Origin: Fidelibacterota bacterium
GTDB lineage: Bacteria; Fidelibacterota; UBA8477; JABMPR01
DNA length: 64,000 bases
Assembly: GCA_013203185.1 (NCBI GenBank)
Contig: JABMOS010000068.1
Location: 19,889-83,888 of the forward strand
Reading direction: 5' to 3'
Part shown: piece after piece, positions 18,506 through 27,795 of the stretch
How positions within the stretch are numbered: position 1 is the first letter of the stretch
Layout of the letters: the number at the start of each line of letters is the position of its first letter
The notes under the pieces: model-generated
Databases searched by the model: none
What the model was told of the DNA's origin: nothing
The model's input: only the letters and a program-made list of their open reading frames with translations
Program-made: the position numbers and the translations under genes

Positions 18506-21500
18506 CTATTTAAGCAATACCATTTTTCTTGTTTTGGTGTACTCACTTGAGACAATCCGAACCAAATAAACCCCGGCGCTCACTGGCTCACCACGATTAT
18601 TGCTACCATCCCAAATCAACCTTTTATATCCCGCGGTCTGGGATGCATTGACTAGCGTCCTGATCAACCGACCTCTGAGATCGTAGATCAACACTTGAAC
18701 CTCGGCCTGTTCAGGTAGCTCGTATCGAATTGTTGTGCTTGGATTAAATGGGTTGGGATAATTCTGATGCAAGGCAAACTGCTGGGGGATAGCTGGCATT
18801 GACAACACTTCGAGAAGTTGATTTGTGCTACCAGGCGTGGGGGTTAACATTCCCCAATTGTTGCTTCCATCAGGAACTCTACCCCAAGAGATGTCAGAGG
18901 TTTGAACACCAAATGTCAGTGAATCTATTATACTCAAACCATTTGAGTCAACCAGGGCAAGAAATTCACCTGAGGCACTCAGTTTAAAGTTGGCATGCAG
19001 CGGTCCCTGACTGCCATCTTCATCATTCCAGATGAGGAGGAATCCACCAGGTCCAATAATCGAAGAGCCTTCCGGGAATTGCCACTTGGTTAAGTTATTG
19101 GGGTTGTCAGTTAAGTATAATTTCGATAGATCAAGCGTTTCATCCGTAGGGTTATAAAGCTCCAGCCAATCATCGTATTCACCTGATTCATCGGCATTTG
19201 ACGATGAATTACTTGCCAGAAATTCATTGATCTTGAGAAACGAAATATATCTACCAGGTATTGGGAAGGGGTAATGATCTGGGCTATAGGTGTAGTAGGC
19301 ACCAATATCCCTGGGACTGCCATCAGAATCCTCAGGATCTCCAGGATCTCCAGCATCAGTGCAGGGTGAGCCTATGGCCAATTCAAAATTATACAAGGCA
19401 GGATCAACGAACTGAGGTTGGCTGAATAAGTTGCCCGCTCCAGCCAGTAATTCCGAATCGGATAAAGAGTAGGTTACGGTTTGTGAGGAGAACGCATCCA
19501 CAAATAGTGTGGAGATTAAGCTATTGGAATAAATACTATTCCTTTCCACAGCTTCACCACCACCATTGCCCACATTCTTTTCAAAGCAGACCAGACTGAT
19601 TTCGTTGTTCACATAAGTGTTGTTTAAAAGTAAGGCTGCGGAATTGTCTTTGACTGCCACTCCCCATGTGCAACCAACAATCAAATTCCTCGTTATGGTT
19701 GTGGTTGACTGTTGACCAACGGAAATCCCTTTATCTGAGGAGTGATATATCAGATTGCTCGTAATAAGAATATTTGAAGCGCCCTCGCCTAGATCAATAC
19801 CATCTGAATTTGGCCCGTCAAAGTTGTAGATGCGGTTGTTGGATACTACCCCTGACTCAACCCCATCAAGATCGATAGCGTCGGTGTCAGGCGCCTGAGA
19901 ACCGTAAAACCTGCAGTTATCAATGAGAACCTCCCCACGTTTGACATTGATGAAATCTGATATGAAGTCACAACGAAGAGAACTGTTGAGCAGTTTGATG
20001 GAACCACCTTGGATGTATATGGGGAACAGCACATCCTGAATATCCAGATGGTCAATGATGAGATTGGCATTATTTCCAGATATTGCTCCACGGTGAATAA
20101 TGGGATCAATACCCTTGGAGGCACCTGAAAGGGAGAGGTAGTCAAGTCTTGAGGTATCTGATTCACTGGAAAAGGAGATGCCACCCCAGCGTTCTCCTCC
20201 TGAATCAACATTGGATGCGATAGTAACACCTGCTGCATTTGTCCCATTGATGACAAGCTGACCATCTATAATGATATGTCCCTGTTCTGGCATGCGAATG
20301 TCCACACCAGCTTCCAGGGTTAAAGTGAGTCCCGCTGGTACAAGCAGATTTGTTGAAACGTAATACGTCCGATTGCCCAGGAGTGTCGTATTCTCTTCAA
20401 TTTGGGAAGGTAAAATGTTACCGGAACTTGGCTGAAAGAGGGCAATAAAACTGGTGTCAGTCTCACAACCGTATGTTATGGTTGCGGCATCGCTAATCCC
20501 ATTCCAACCAATAACTTCATAACCTGGTGCCGGGACTGCCGTCAACTGAATTGGTTGATTTTTGAAGTAGGTGCCAGTTTCATTCTCAGAAAGTTGCGGC
20601 ACGCCATTGATGAGAATATGTCCACCTTCTGCCAAATACGTTGCTGTGTTCATTTCAATGGTACCGTCTAGGTTCAATTCATTATTGAAATGATTGTACA
20701 GATTAGCCGAACGATTCTGGGCAAAAGTCTTGATGGCATTCAGCTCATCTTCCCAGGACGTCATGGATGAGATGCCTCCCAGGGATCCCCATTTGTCAAT
20801 ATGACGCGGCATTTCATCATAGATAGTGTTGCTTAGACTATCCACGATGGATTCGATCCGCTCAGCCATAAAGGTGTTGTTGAAATGTGCAGCAGCCCTT
20901 TGGAGAAAACGATTTTGGAATCGATCACTCCCCATGAGATATTGAAACAGGAGATACCCATCCAGTAGATTATCCAGGAGGTTAGTATTTATATTAGATG
21001 GACTGAAACCACGATCCACATCCACAATTAACCACTGCCATTTACCATCGCCACCCCTGGGTCGCCACCATTCCCGATTATGGCCCCAACTGGTGTTGGC
21101 ACAGTATAAGGTCATGACGACATGATCAATAAATCCATCAATATTCATGCGATTTGACAACTCATGGTAAGCTGCATCTTGATCTAGATCTGTATTTTGC
21201 ACGAAGGCAATGAAATCATTATAGGCGAGTTGGTCACCTTCAATGGTGAGCAATTGGGTCCCAGCTTGTGTAGCTCCATATTCAAGATGATCGATGTTAT
21301 CAGGATCCACTCCAAAATTTTCAAAAAAGAAGCGGGTATTATATTTCTCACGGATGTTATAGATTCCCCAATATTCCCCATTTAGAAACAGAGCAGAAGG
21401 TTGGTAGGCCATATAGCCACAATCCATCATGCCTTTTACCAGACTGCCTGTCATGGGATCCCGTAGCAGGGTTTCTTCCCAGTCATCACCACCATTCCGA

Positions 21501-23146
21501 AAAACAATTCGTGAAAAGTCTGCTATGGGTTTGCTTTTAAAAATCTGATAGGGGATAAGGTCCTCACCAAATCTGTCCCGGGTATAGATAGTAAATGGCT
21601 TCTGGGGTTTGGTCCAGATATTCAACCCACCCAATCTTGCGCCAGCATCAATGCGAAATCCAGTCTCGGTATCCTGCTGGAAGTAGTGAATGGATACAGG
21701 AATTTCGCGCTGTTTGTATTCGTTCTCATAAATGCCTATTTCCCCATCCCAAAGGGTTGGCGGTTCGGCTACCAGGGAAATGGTTGGTAGGAAATGTTGC
21801 TCATTAATGAAGTAGGTCGCTGTCATGATTTCACCAGGCAGAATTCCAGCTTCAAATGCTCGGGCCTTCAAAACTGAGGTAGCATCAATGGAGATACTTC
21901 CAGAGTAGAGTGGGCTTGAGCTGGCAGGTCTTGACCCGTCTAAAGTGTAGTGAATTTGGGACTGGGGGGAAGTGGTTGAGAGTGTGACGCTAATAGATCC
22001 ATTGTGGAAACCGCTGGCTACTGAACTTTCTACTGCTGTGGTTTTAACCGTGCCTGCACTTGAAGGTGTTGAGTTTTCAGTCCCTGGGGTCGGCTCTCCG
22101 AAAAAGGTCCAACCCATGACTCCAGATGGGCGACCGAAGGATACATCTGTTACCTGTTCACCATACGATACATAGTCAACAATACTGGCCTCAGAATAGT
22201 TGATGCCCATGAGCTCAAGATCAAAGCTTATGTCAGAGCTGGTTTCACTTATCTGATGAATTTCTACAGCCAGACAGTTCTCTCCAACTAGAAGCTCGTT
22301 GGCAGGGATGGTGTATTCATAAAATGCATCTTCTTCATCAGAACTTATGGCCGTGCTGGCAAGGGTTTCGAAGGTGATGTCCCCACTGGGCATATTCGTT
22401 CGGATGACCTCATTTCCATTTAAATAAACCACAGCACCATCATCACGCTTGATGTTGGCTACGAGATTACTTAGAGCACTTGGATTGTTTGCCATAAAGG
22501 TTTTACGGAAATAGGTTGTGATATATTTCTGGTTGCTATCACCTCCATAGTCGAGGACAGTGGCTTCATCTCCATCTCCATAACCAAGCTCTGCCTGACC
22601 TTCAGCCCAACTGCCGTCATCATAATTATTCTCAATCCAGGAAGGGTCCAGGTTTGATCCATTGTCCACATACTTCCAGAATGATTCCGTGGGAATGAAA
22701 TTGGTTGTAGCCAGTAGATCCGCCTGAGCCAGAACCACTTCTTCACCGGATTTACTAAGTTTAAAATTCGTGTGGTAGTGGCGTGTAGAATAATCGTCAT
22801 ACGGCCAGGTTTCGCGGGTGTAAATTGAACCTGGTCCATCGTCAAAGTCATCTGCCCAAACCAGCAAATAACCTTGTGCTGGAATAGAGGCACCGCTGGG
22901 AATTCTCCACTTTAAAGGATCATTAAGATTATCGGACAGAAAATATCCATCTAATGATGCAGGAATATCGGAGGTGTTGTGGATTTCTATCCAATCATTG
23001 TAATCCCCAAAATCATACATTTCCGGGAACTCCCTCACATTAGAGGCGAGGAATTCATTAATCTGAAAATCCTGGCCCCAGATGGAGATGCTCAAACTCA
23101 AAGCCAGAATGATACCCAATGGATTATTGAGAGACAGTTTATGCAT
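18506..23146 (-). CDS. giant secreted CotH-domain protein (LTD - CHB_HEX_C-like - CotH - parallel beta-helix - LTD - T9SS/FlgD-Ig C-terminal domain)
   Basis: - Signal peptide after MHKLSLNN (ATG at 23146; the track ORF extends to 23209).
- Lamin-tail-like segments INEFLASN..DWIEIHN and INEFLASN..DWLELYNP.
- IHYTLDGSRP...LKARAF (chitobiase/hexosaminidase C-terminal-type domain).
- CotH core: FRNGGDDWEETLLRD...LFLNGEYWGIYNIREKY.
- PbH1-like repeats: NNRIYNF.., ITSNLIYHS.., ITRNLIVGC..
- C-terminal NYPNPFNPSTTIRYELP...GVYLVRI. Confidence 0.85.
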   Translation of the reverse strand: MHKLSLNNPLGIILALSLSISIWGQDFQINEFLASNVREFPEMYDFGDYNDWIEIHNTSDIPASLDGYFLSDNLNDPLKWRIPSGASIPAQGYLLVWADDFDDGPGSIYTRETWPYDDYSTRHYHTNFKLSKSGEEVVLAQADLLATTNFIPTESFWKYVDNGSNLDPSWIENNYDDGSWAEGQAELGYGDGDEATVLDYGGDSNQKYITTYFRKTFMANNPSALSNLVANIKRDDGAVVYLNGNEVIRTNMPSGDITFETLASTAISSDEEDAFYEYTIPANELLVGENCLAVEIHQISETSSDISFDLELMGINYSEASIVDYVSYGEQVTDVSFGRPSGVMGWTFFGEPTPGTENSTPSSAGTVKTTAVESSVASGFHNGSISVTLSTTSPQSQIHYTLDGSRPASSSPLYSGSISIDATSVLKARAFEAGILPGEIMTATYFINEQHFLPTISLVAEPPTLWDGEIGIYENEYKQREIPVSIHYFQQDTETGFRIDAGARLGGLNIWTKPQKPFTIYTRDRFGEDLIPYQIFKSKPIADFSRIVFRNGGDDWEETLLRDPMTGSLVKGMMDCGYMAYQPSALFLNGEYWGIYNIREKYNTRFFFENFGVDPDNIDHLEYGATQAGTQLLTIEGDQLAYNDFIAFVQNTDLDQDAAYHELSNRMNIDGFIDHVVMTLYCANTSWGHNREWWRPRGGDGKWQWLIVDVDRGFSPSNINTNLLDNLLDGYLLFQYLMGSDRFQNRFLQRAAAHFNNTFMAERIESIVDSLSNTIYDEMPRHIDKWGSLGGISSMTSWEDELNAIKTFAQNRSANLYNHFNNELNLDGTIEMNTATYLAEGGHILINGVPQLSENETGTYFKNQPIQLTAVPAPGYEVIGWNGISDAATITYGCETDTSFIALFQPSSGNILPSQIEENTTLLGNRTYYVSTNLLVPAGLTLTLEAGVDIRMPEQGHIIIDGQLVINGTNAAGVTIASNVDSGGERWGGISFSSESDTSRLDYLSLSGASKGIDPIIHRGAISGNNANLIIDHLDIQDVLFPIYIQGGSIKLLNSSLRCDFISDFINVKRGEVLIDNCRFYGSQAPDTDAIDLDGVESGVVSNNRIYNFDGPNSDGIDLGEGASNILITSNLIYHSSDKGISVGQQSTTTITRNLIVGCTWGVAVKDNSAALLLNNTYVNNEISLVCFEKNVGNGGGEAVERNSIYSNSLISTLFVDAFSSQTVTYSLSDSELLAGAGNLFSQPQFVDPALYNFELAIGSPCTDAGDPGDPEDSDGSPRDIGAYYTYSPDHYPFPIPGRYISFLKINEFLASNSSSNADESGEYDDWLELYNPTDETLDLSKLYLTDNPNNLTKWQFPEGSSIIGPGGFLLIWNDEDGSQGPLHANFKLSASGEFLALVDSNGLSIIDSLTFGVQTSDISWGRVPDGSNNWGMLTPTPGSTNQLLEVLSMPAIPQQFALHQNYPNPFNPSTTIRYELPEQAEVQVLIYDLRGRLIRTLVNASQTAGYKRLIWDGSNNRGEPVSAGVYLVRIVSSEYTKTRKMVLLK

Positions 23147-23331
23147 GATTTTTAATGATGGCGTATTCATAGATAGCATATAGTGTATATCCAAACCGTT
23201 TTCGTACAAGGATTTTAGCAGAAGAGCACTCGGGAAGAAATACCATTACTAAAGATCTTATGAAAACCATAAAATAATAAAAATAAAGAAAATAGGACCA
23301 TAAATGGAGTGATATCCCAGGGTGATTTGAC

Positions 23332-26046
23332 TCACCTCAGATACAGCATTTTGATTGTGTGTTCAAAGCCTTCAGTTGTGAGGCGACAAAAATAGACACC
23401 CGTGCTCACAGTTTGGCCCCCTTTATTTAATCCGGACCAATGGTATTGGTAATGCCCCATACTTTGATACTCATTCATAAGGGTAACGATCTCCTGCCCT
23501 CTAATATCATACACTTTGAGACTGACTTGGGCATCAAATGGAATCACATACGAGATCGTGGTTGTTGGATTAAATGGATTGGGATAATTCTGACGAAGCA
23601 CAAAAGTTTGGGGGTTTTGGTGCGAATTATCTTCTTCAACAGCGCTTGGATCCAGCATCTGAATTTTTACGGCATCTGCTCTCAAGACTGGACCCTGAGT
23701 GGTATTGCCAACATCATGGACTTCCAGATCAATGGGTACATCGGTGGGTAAGAAATAGGTCCCGAGACTAACCCATTGGCCACTATTGGCATTCTGATCC
23801 ATAAAGACAGAATCAATGGGGGCACCGTCAATTTTTAAAAGATACAACGCATTGTCACTTGAGTTGATGGTGGTTGGTACTATGTAACTGATCTCATAGT
23901 AACTTGGCTCTTCAGGCTCTAGACGAAACGAGGCTGAGGCTCCGGAATTCAGCCAGGAGTATCTACTGGACAATCCCCAGGCCTGTGCCACACTTGTAAA
24001 CCATTCCCCAGTTTCGCTGTAGGAATCCGTCTGCTCATTGTCTACCACATAGAATGGGTATTGAACATTTGCAGTAATAACAATATCCAGATCTGGGTGC
24101 ATGGGGTCATCACTGGAAATTCTTAGGGTATCCTCAAGGGGTCCCAAATCAAGAGGATGGAGGGTCAGGGGAATATCAATTTCACCCATGGCTTCTATTT
24201 CCATGGGCAGTGTCAGATCAACATTCACATGCTGGTTTATGCTTTCAATATTTTGAATGGATAAGGTGGAAGTACCTAGATTACTGATCCTCAGATTCTG
24301 AACCGAAGTGCGATCCAGACTGATCTCACCATAATTAATGTTTTGACTGGAGAGATGAATATCTCTCTGGCGAACTCTTGCTGTGAGTTTAATGGCATCT
24401 ACAGTGAGATTTGCACCCATCACAGGTTGGGTGATGTCGCTGAACAATTCTACTACCTGGTTTTGTCCTGCATTCAGAGGAACAGTAGCCAAATAAATCC
24501 ACTCATGGGCGGGTAGGGGAGCCATAAGAGTTACGGTATCAATGCTGGTGTTTGAGTGAATCACAGCTTTGAGAGGAAATGGTGTTGTGTCAGTCGTGGG
24601 AACCTGGATAAAGACGTGATACAGAGAGGCTTCCTGGATATCTGGTGACCATGAGACATGGATAGTATTATTTTCATCCGTTGAGGCGGTGCGGGCATCA
24701 ACTCCCCAGACAGCATTGTCTGTATTTGTCCAAACACCACGTAGCTCGTTATAGCCAATATCTTCATTATCCATATATATATCGTCGGGAATCAGATTGA
24801 CAAATTCCGTGGTGAGGTTTCCAGAAGTATCTGTGGCTGCCACACCCAACTTTGCTAGTTCACCTGGGAAAGGAATGATTTCCGTGGTCCATGTGAGATC
24901 TGATTGCTGGATACACTCAATTTTGCCATAGCTCTCATCCCTGTACTTCACTGCCACATAGGGTTGAGGCATATATAAAGGTTCATTGGAGGATATTTGA
25001 TAGCTCCTGTTGTCCTCTGTCCCTTGACTGGTGACAGTGATCTCAGGAGGTGTTCCGTCAATGGTCCCACGCCAGAGCTGCATGGCCTCAATGGCTGTAC
25101 AGTATCGGAAATCAACATCAGGATATAAGTCGGCTGCGGCATGTGCCAGTTGATTCATCTCGGCCATTTTTTCCGGGAAATCACTTTCGGGCAAGTGTGC
25201 CCAGAGACAGGCAACCTGGTCTGTGCCATTACTGGCAGCTTCAAAGATATTGTTCATAATGCTTGAGCCGGCAACCTGTCCGAAAGAAACAGAGCGGACA
25301 TTCCAGGCAGGCCCATCTCCAGGTACCATGTAATTATCCAGGGAGGGCTGAAATGGTACAAAGGTGGACGGTGATTCAGACCAATTATAAGTATTGTCCA
25401 GGGGTTCTTCTACATCGACATGGTTTGCTGGCCAGGCGTTGTGCATACTATAAGGCAGGATTTCATTGAGATAGTGTTGCCATTCATTATCCATAAAATG
25501 CCAACCACTGCGAAATGAAACGGGGAAGACATCCGCTTCCAAAAGAAATTGAGCCAGGGTTACATCAAAATCATCCCTGGATTCTCCAAAGGTGAGGGAC
25601 TGATTCCAAAAGTACATCCCATCCTGATCATAGTCAGACCAGAAAAAGGTATGATAATGAAGTGATAGTTCATCTCCATTGATGATGACGTTCTCGCCAT
25701 GATATTTCTTCATCAAATACATGGTCATGATATTGGGGACAGGGAAGTTCCGGTTTGTGGCATAGCGGAAGATGTTTCCTGCCATCATCCACCAGGTCAT
25801 TTTCATGGGTTGGCCGTATGAATCCACGAATTGGGCACGGAATGCTGGATCCATGACTTCATATGTATTCATTGATGGATCAGTATAAAGAGCCTGGTTG
25901 TAGGTGTTGTGGTAGCGATTAACAGCCATGCCGTCCCAGATGGCCGTATCTGAGCCCAGGACGAGGTAAACTGTGGCGGATTCAAGTTGGGATACTCCGA
26001 AAATTAAGATCAGGACCAGGTTGAGAATGTGTTTTGATGTTTTCAT
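23332..26046 (-). CDS. secreted 904-aa protein of unknown function with a choice-of-anchor-D/HYDIN-like beta domain and a T9SS/FlgD-Ig C-terminal domain
   Basis: Signal peptide MKTSKHILNLVLILIFGVSQLES. A central segment INYGEISLDRTSVQNLRISNLGTSTLSIQNI is typical of choice-of-anchor D domains. The C-terminus is NYPNPFNPTTTISYVIP...GVYFCRL. The roughly 300-aa N-terminal domain is unrecognised. Confidence 0.7.
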   Translation of the reverse strand: MKTSKHILNLVLILIFGVSQLESATVYLVLGSDTAIWDGMAVNRYHNTYNQALYTDPSMNTYEVMDPAFRAQFVDSYGQPMKMTWWMMAGNIFRYATNRNFPVPNIMTMYLMKKYHGENVIINGDELSLHYHTFFWSDYDQDGMYFWNQSLTFGESRDDFDVTLAQFLLEADVFPVSFRSGWHFMDNEWQHYLNEILPYSMHNAWPANHVDVEEPLDNTYNWSESPSTFVPFQPSLDNYMVPGDGPAWNVRSVSFGQVAGSSIMNNIFEAASNGTDQVACLWAHLPESDFPEKMAEMNQLAHAAADLYPDVDFRYCTAIEAMQLWRGTIDGTPPEITVTSQGTEDNRSYQISSNEPLYMPQPYVAVKYRDESYGKIECIQQSDLTWTTEIIPFPGELAKLGVAATDTSGNLTTEFVNLIPDDIYMDNEDIGYNELRGVWTNTDNAVWGVDARTASTDENNTIHVSWSPDIQEASLYHVFIQVPTTDTTPFPLKAVIHSNTSIDTVTLMAPLPAHEWIYLATVPLNAGQNQVVELFSDITQPVMGANLTVDAIKLTARVRQRDIHLSSQNINYGEISLDRTSVQNLRISNLGTSTLSIQNIESINQHVNVDLTLPMEIEAMGEIDIPLTLHPLDLGPLEDTLRISSDDPMHPDLDIVITANVQYPFYVVDNEQTDSYSETGEWFTSVAQAWGLSSRYSWLNSGASASFRLEPEEPSYYEISYIVPTTINSSDNALYLLKIDGAPIDSVFMDQNANSGQWVSLGTYFLPTDVPIDLEVHDVGNTTQGPVLRADAVKIQMLDPSAVEEDNSHQNPQTFVLRQNYPNPFNPTTTISYVIPFDAQVSLKVYDIRGQEIVTLMNEYQSMGHYQYHWSGLNKGGQTVSTGVYFCRLTTEGFEHTIKMLYLR

Positions 26047-26143
26047 TTCGAAGCTCCCCTCAGCATATCGAAGTTTACAATTTTAATCTTCGGTTATGAA
26101 GAGTTGTTTACGATCTACTCTGAAATGGTTATTTCTTGTGTGA

Positions 26144-26707
26144 TTATCTTAACGTGAGATGTGTGACCAAAATCCTTAATCCTATAACCAGTAAAATAAT
26201 CCCACCCAGAATTTCAACCCGTTGACCCAGCCATTGCCCGGCAGCCTTACCAATCCTGGTTGATGCCGCTGAGAGTATGGCAGTAATCACACCGATGAGG
26301 AGGCAGGGGAGCCAGATATTTACATTGAGCATGGAAAAGCTGAGACCAGCGGCCAGGGCATCTATACTGGTAGCTATACTCAGGGTTATTAGGGTCCAAC
26401 CCTTGGATGGATCTACAATGAGCCTGGCATTATCAGGGACGAATCCAGAATAAATCATTCTGCCGCCGACGATTGCCAGGAGAATAAAGGCGATCCAATG
26501 ATCCCATGCACTCATGTAATCCACCACAGTGGAACCTAATAGCCAACCTAGCAAGGGCATAAGCGCCTGGAAGAGTCCAAAGTGAAAAGCGAGACGAAAA
26601 ACAGCTCTTTTGTCTTTCACAAATCCTGCAGCAGCAGCTGTCATTGAGACTGCTGAGGCATCCATTGCCAGTCCGATTGCGATAAGGATCATCTCCAGAA
26701 TAGACAT
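26144..26707 (-). CDS. mntP: manganese efflux pump MntP
   Basis: 187 aa. It has IAIGLAMDASAVSM and a second ATSIDALAAG half-repeat in a 6-helix layout, the MntP/DUF204 signature. Confidence 0.85.
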   Translation of the reverse strand: MSILEMILIAIGLAMDASAVSMTAAAAGFVKDKRAVFRLAFHFGLFQALMPLLGWLLGSTVVDYMSAWDHWIAFILLAIVGGRMIYSGFVPDNARLIVDPSKGWTLITLSIATSIDALAAGLSFSMLNVNIWLPCLLIGVITAILSAASTRIGKAAGQWLGQRVEILGGIILLVIGLRILVTHLTLR

Positions 26708-26965
26708 GCCCCATGATAAACATTATTACATTAAATCCATCTAAATTGAATAGAATACCGATGGGTATATGGATCTACGTGGTAGATATCTCAAAATTCG
26801 AAAGTCATTGTAGAGTTCTCGTTAATAAACAACTGACTTGGATGATAGAATTTGGAGTAATATTATCGAGAGATTATACTCAAACTATTTCATGTAAGCT
26901 GCTGTTAGCCAGTACGATAGAATGAATATATAAAGGAAGCAGAAGGGCCTTGAGCACTGAAACAG

Positions 26966-27772
26966 TTAAGAAGGGTTTTTGTCTATAGCTCCAGATACCT
27001 TGCGCCGTAGAAATCCCTGGAAGAACGTATTGAGGAAGGGAATCATCCCCAGTTTCTTAGGGATGTAAACAGTACTTTTATCGGCTTCAATAGCGAGAAT
27101 GATTTGATTAACACAGTCCTCAAGGCTTACGGACTCACTGGTATGCTTCTTTGAAGATTTCGAGAGTTTTTTACCGTCAGCTCCAAAAGCATTGTCTCTA
27201 AGATTTGTACCTCTGATCCAGCTCAGGACAGCCTCGAGAATAGAGACTTGTCCTTTCATCTCCATGTCTAGAGTAGATAGGAATCCATGCAGTGCATGTT
27301 TTGATGCGACATAGCCTGAATGGTTGGGGAAACCCATAATAGCTTGAGCAGTTGAACAACTCACAATTTTCCCATTGGTCTTTTTCAGATGGGGAAGGGC
27401 TGACTGGCAACAGTTCACAGCACCATGATAATTGACATCCATCAAAGTCTTAAAAAAAGTAATGTCAGTAATGTCTTCAAACTTAGCCCACATACTGACG
27501 CCGGCATTCAGGATGAGACCATCCACTTTGCCGTATACCTCTACTGCTTGTTTTACCATGTTTTGACAAGCATCCAGGTCAGTGATATCAGTTTGGACAG
27601 CGATTGCAGAACCAGCTGATGCTACAATAGAATCCGTGACTCTTTGGAGTACATCTGCCCGACGAGCGGCACAAACGATCTGAGCACCCTTCTGGGCAAG
27701 CACAACAGCCAGTTGTTCTCCAATACCAGAAGAAGCTCCAGTGATAATGAAGACTTTACCCGCTACGTTCAC
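26966..27772 (-). CDS. classical short-chain dehydrogenase/reductase; candidate acyl/alkyl-DHAP reductase by context
   Basis: SDR motifs TGASSGIG, NAG and S...YVASK are seen. It is the last gene of the AGPS operon, 23 nt after the AGPS stop. The substrate assignment is contextual inference only. Confidence 0.85.
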   Translation of the reverse strand: MNVAGKVFIITGASSGIGEQLAVVLAQKGAQIVCAARRADVLQRVTDSIVASAGSAIAVQTDITDLDACQNMVKQAVEVYGKVDGLILNAGVSMWAKFEDITDITFFKTLMDVNYHGAVNCCQSALPHLKKTNGKIVSCSTAQAIMGFPNHSGYVASKHALHGFLSTLDMEMKGQVSILEAVLSWIRGTNLRDNAFGADGKKLSKSSKKHTSESVSLEDCVNQIILAIEADKSTVYIPKKLGMIPFLNTFFQGFLRRKVSGAIDKNPS

Positions 27773-27795
27773 TTCTGATCCTGCTTATTTAGGGT

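Noticed and set aside
26708-26965. Expected yybP-ykoY (Mn2+) riboswitch in the 258-nt leader upstream of mntP.
   Set aside because: I read the minus-strand leader and found none of the conserved elements I remember (GGGGAGTAG.. 5' arm, ..AGAGACC.. 3' arm). A covariance-model scan would be the proper test.
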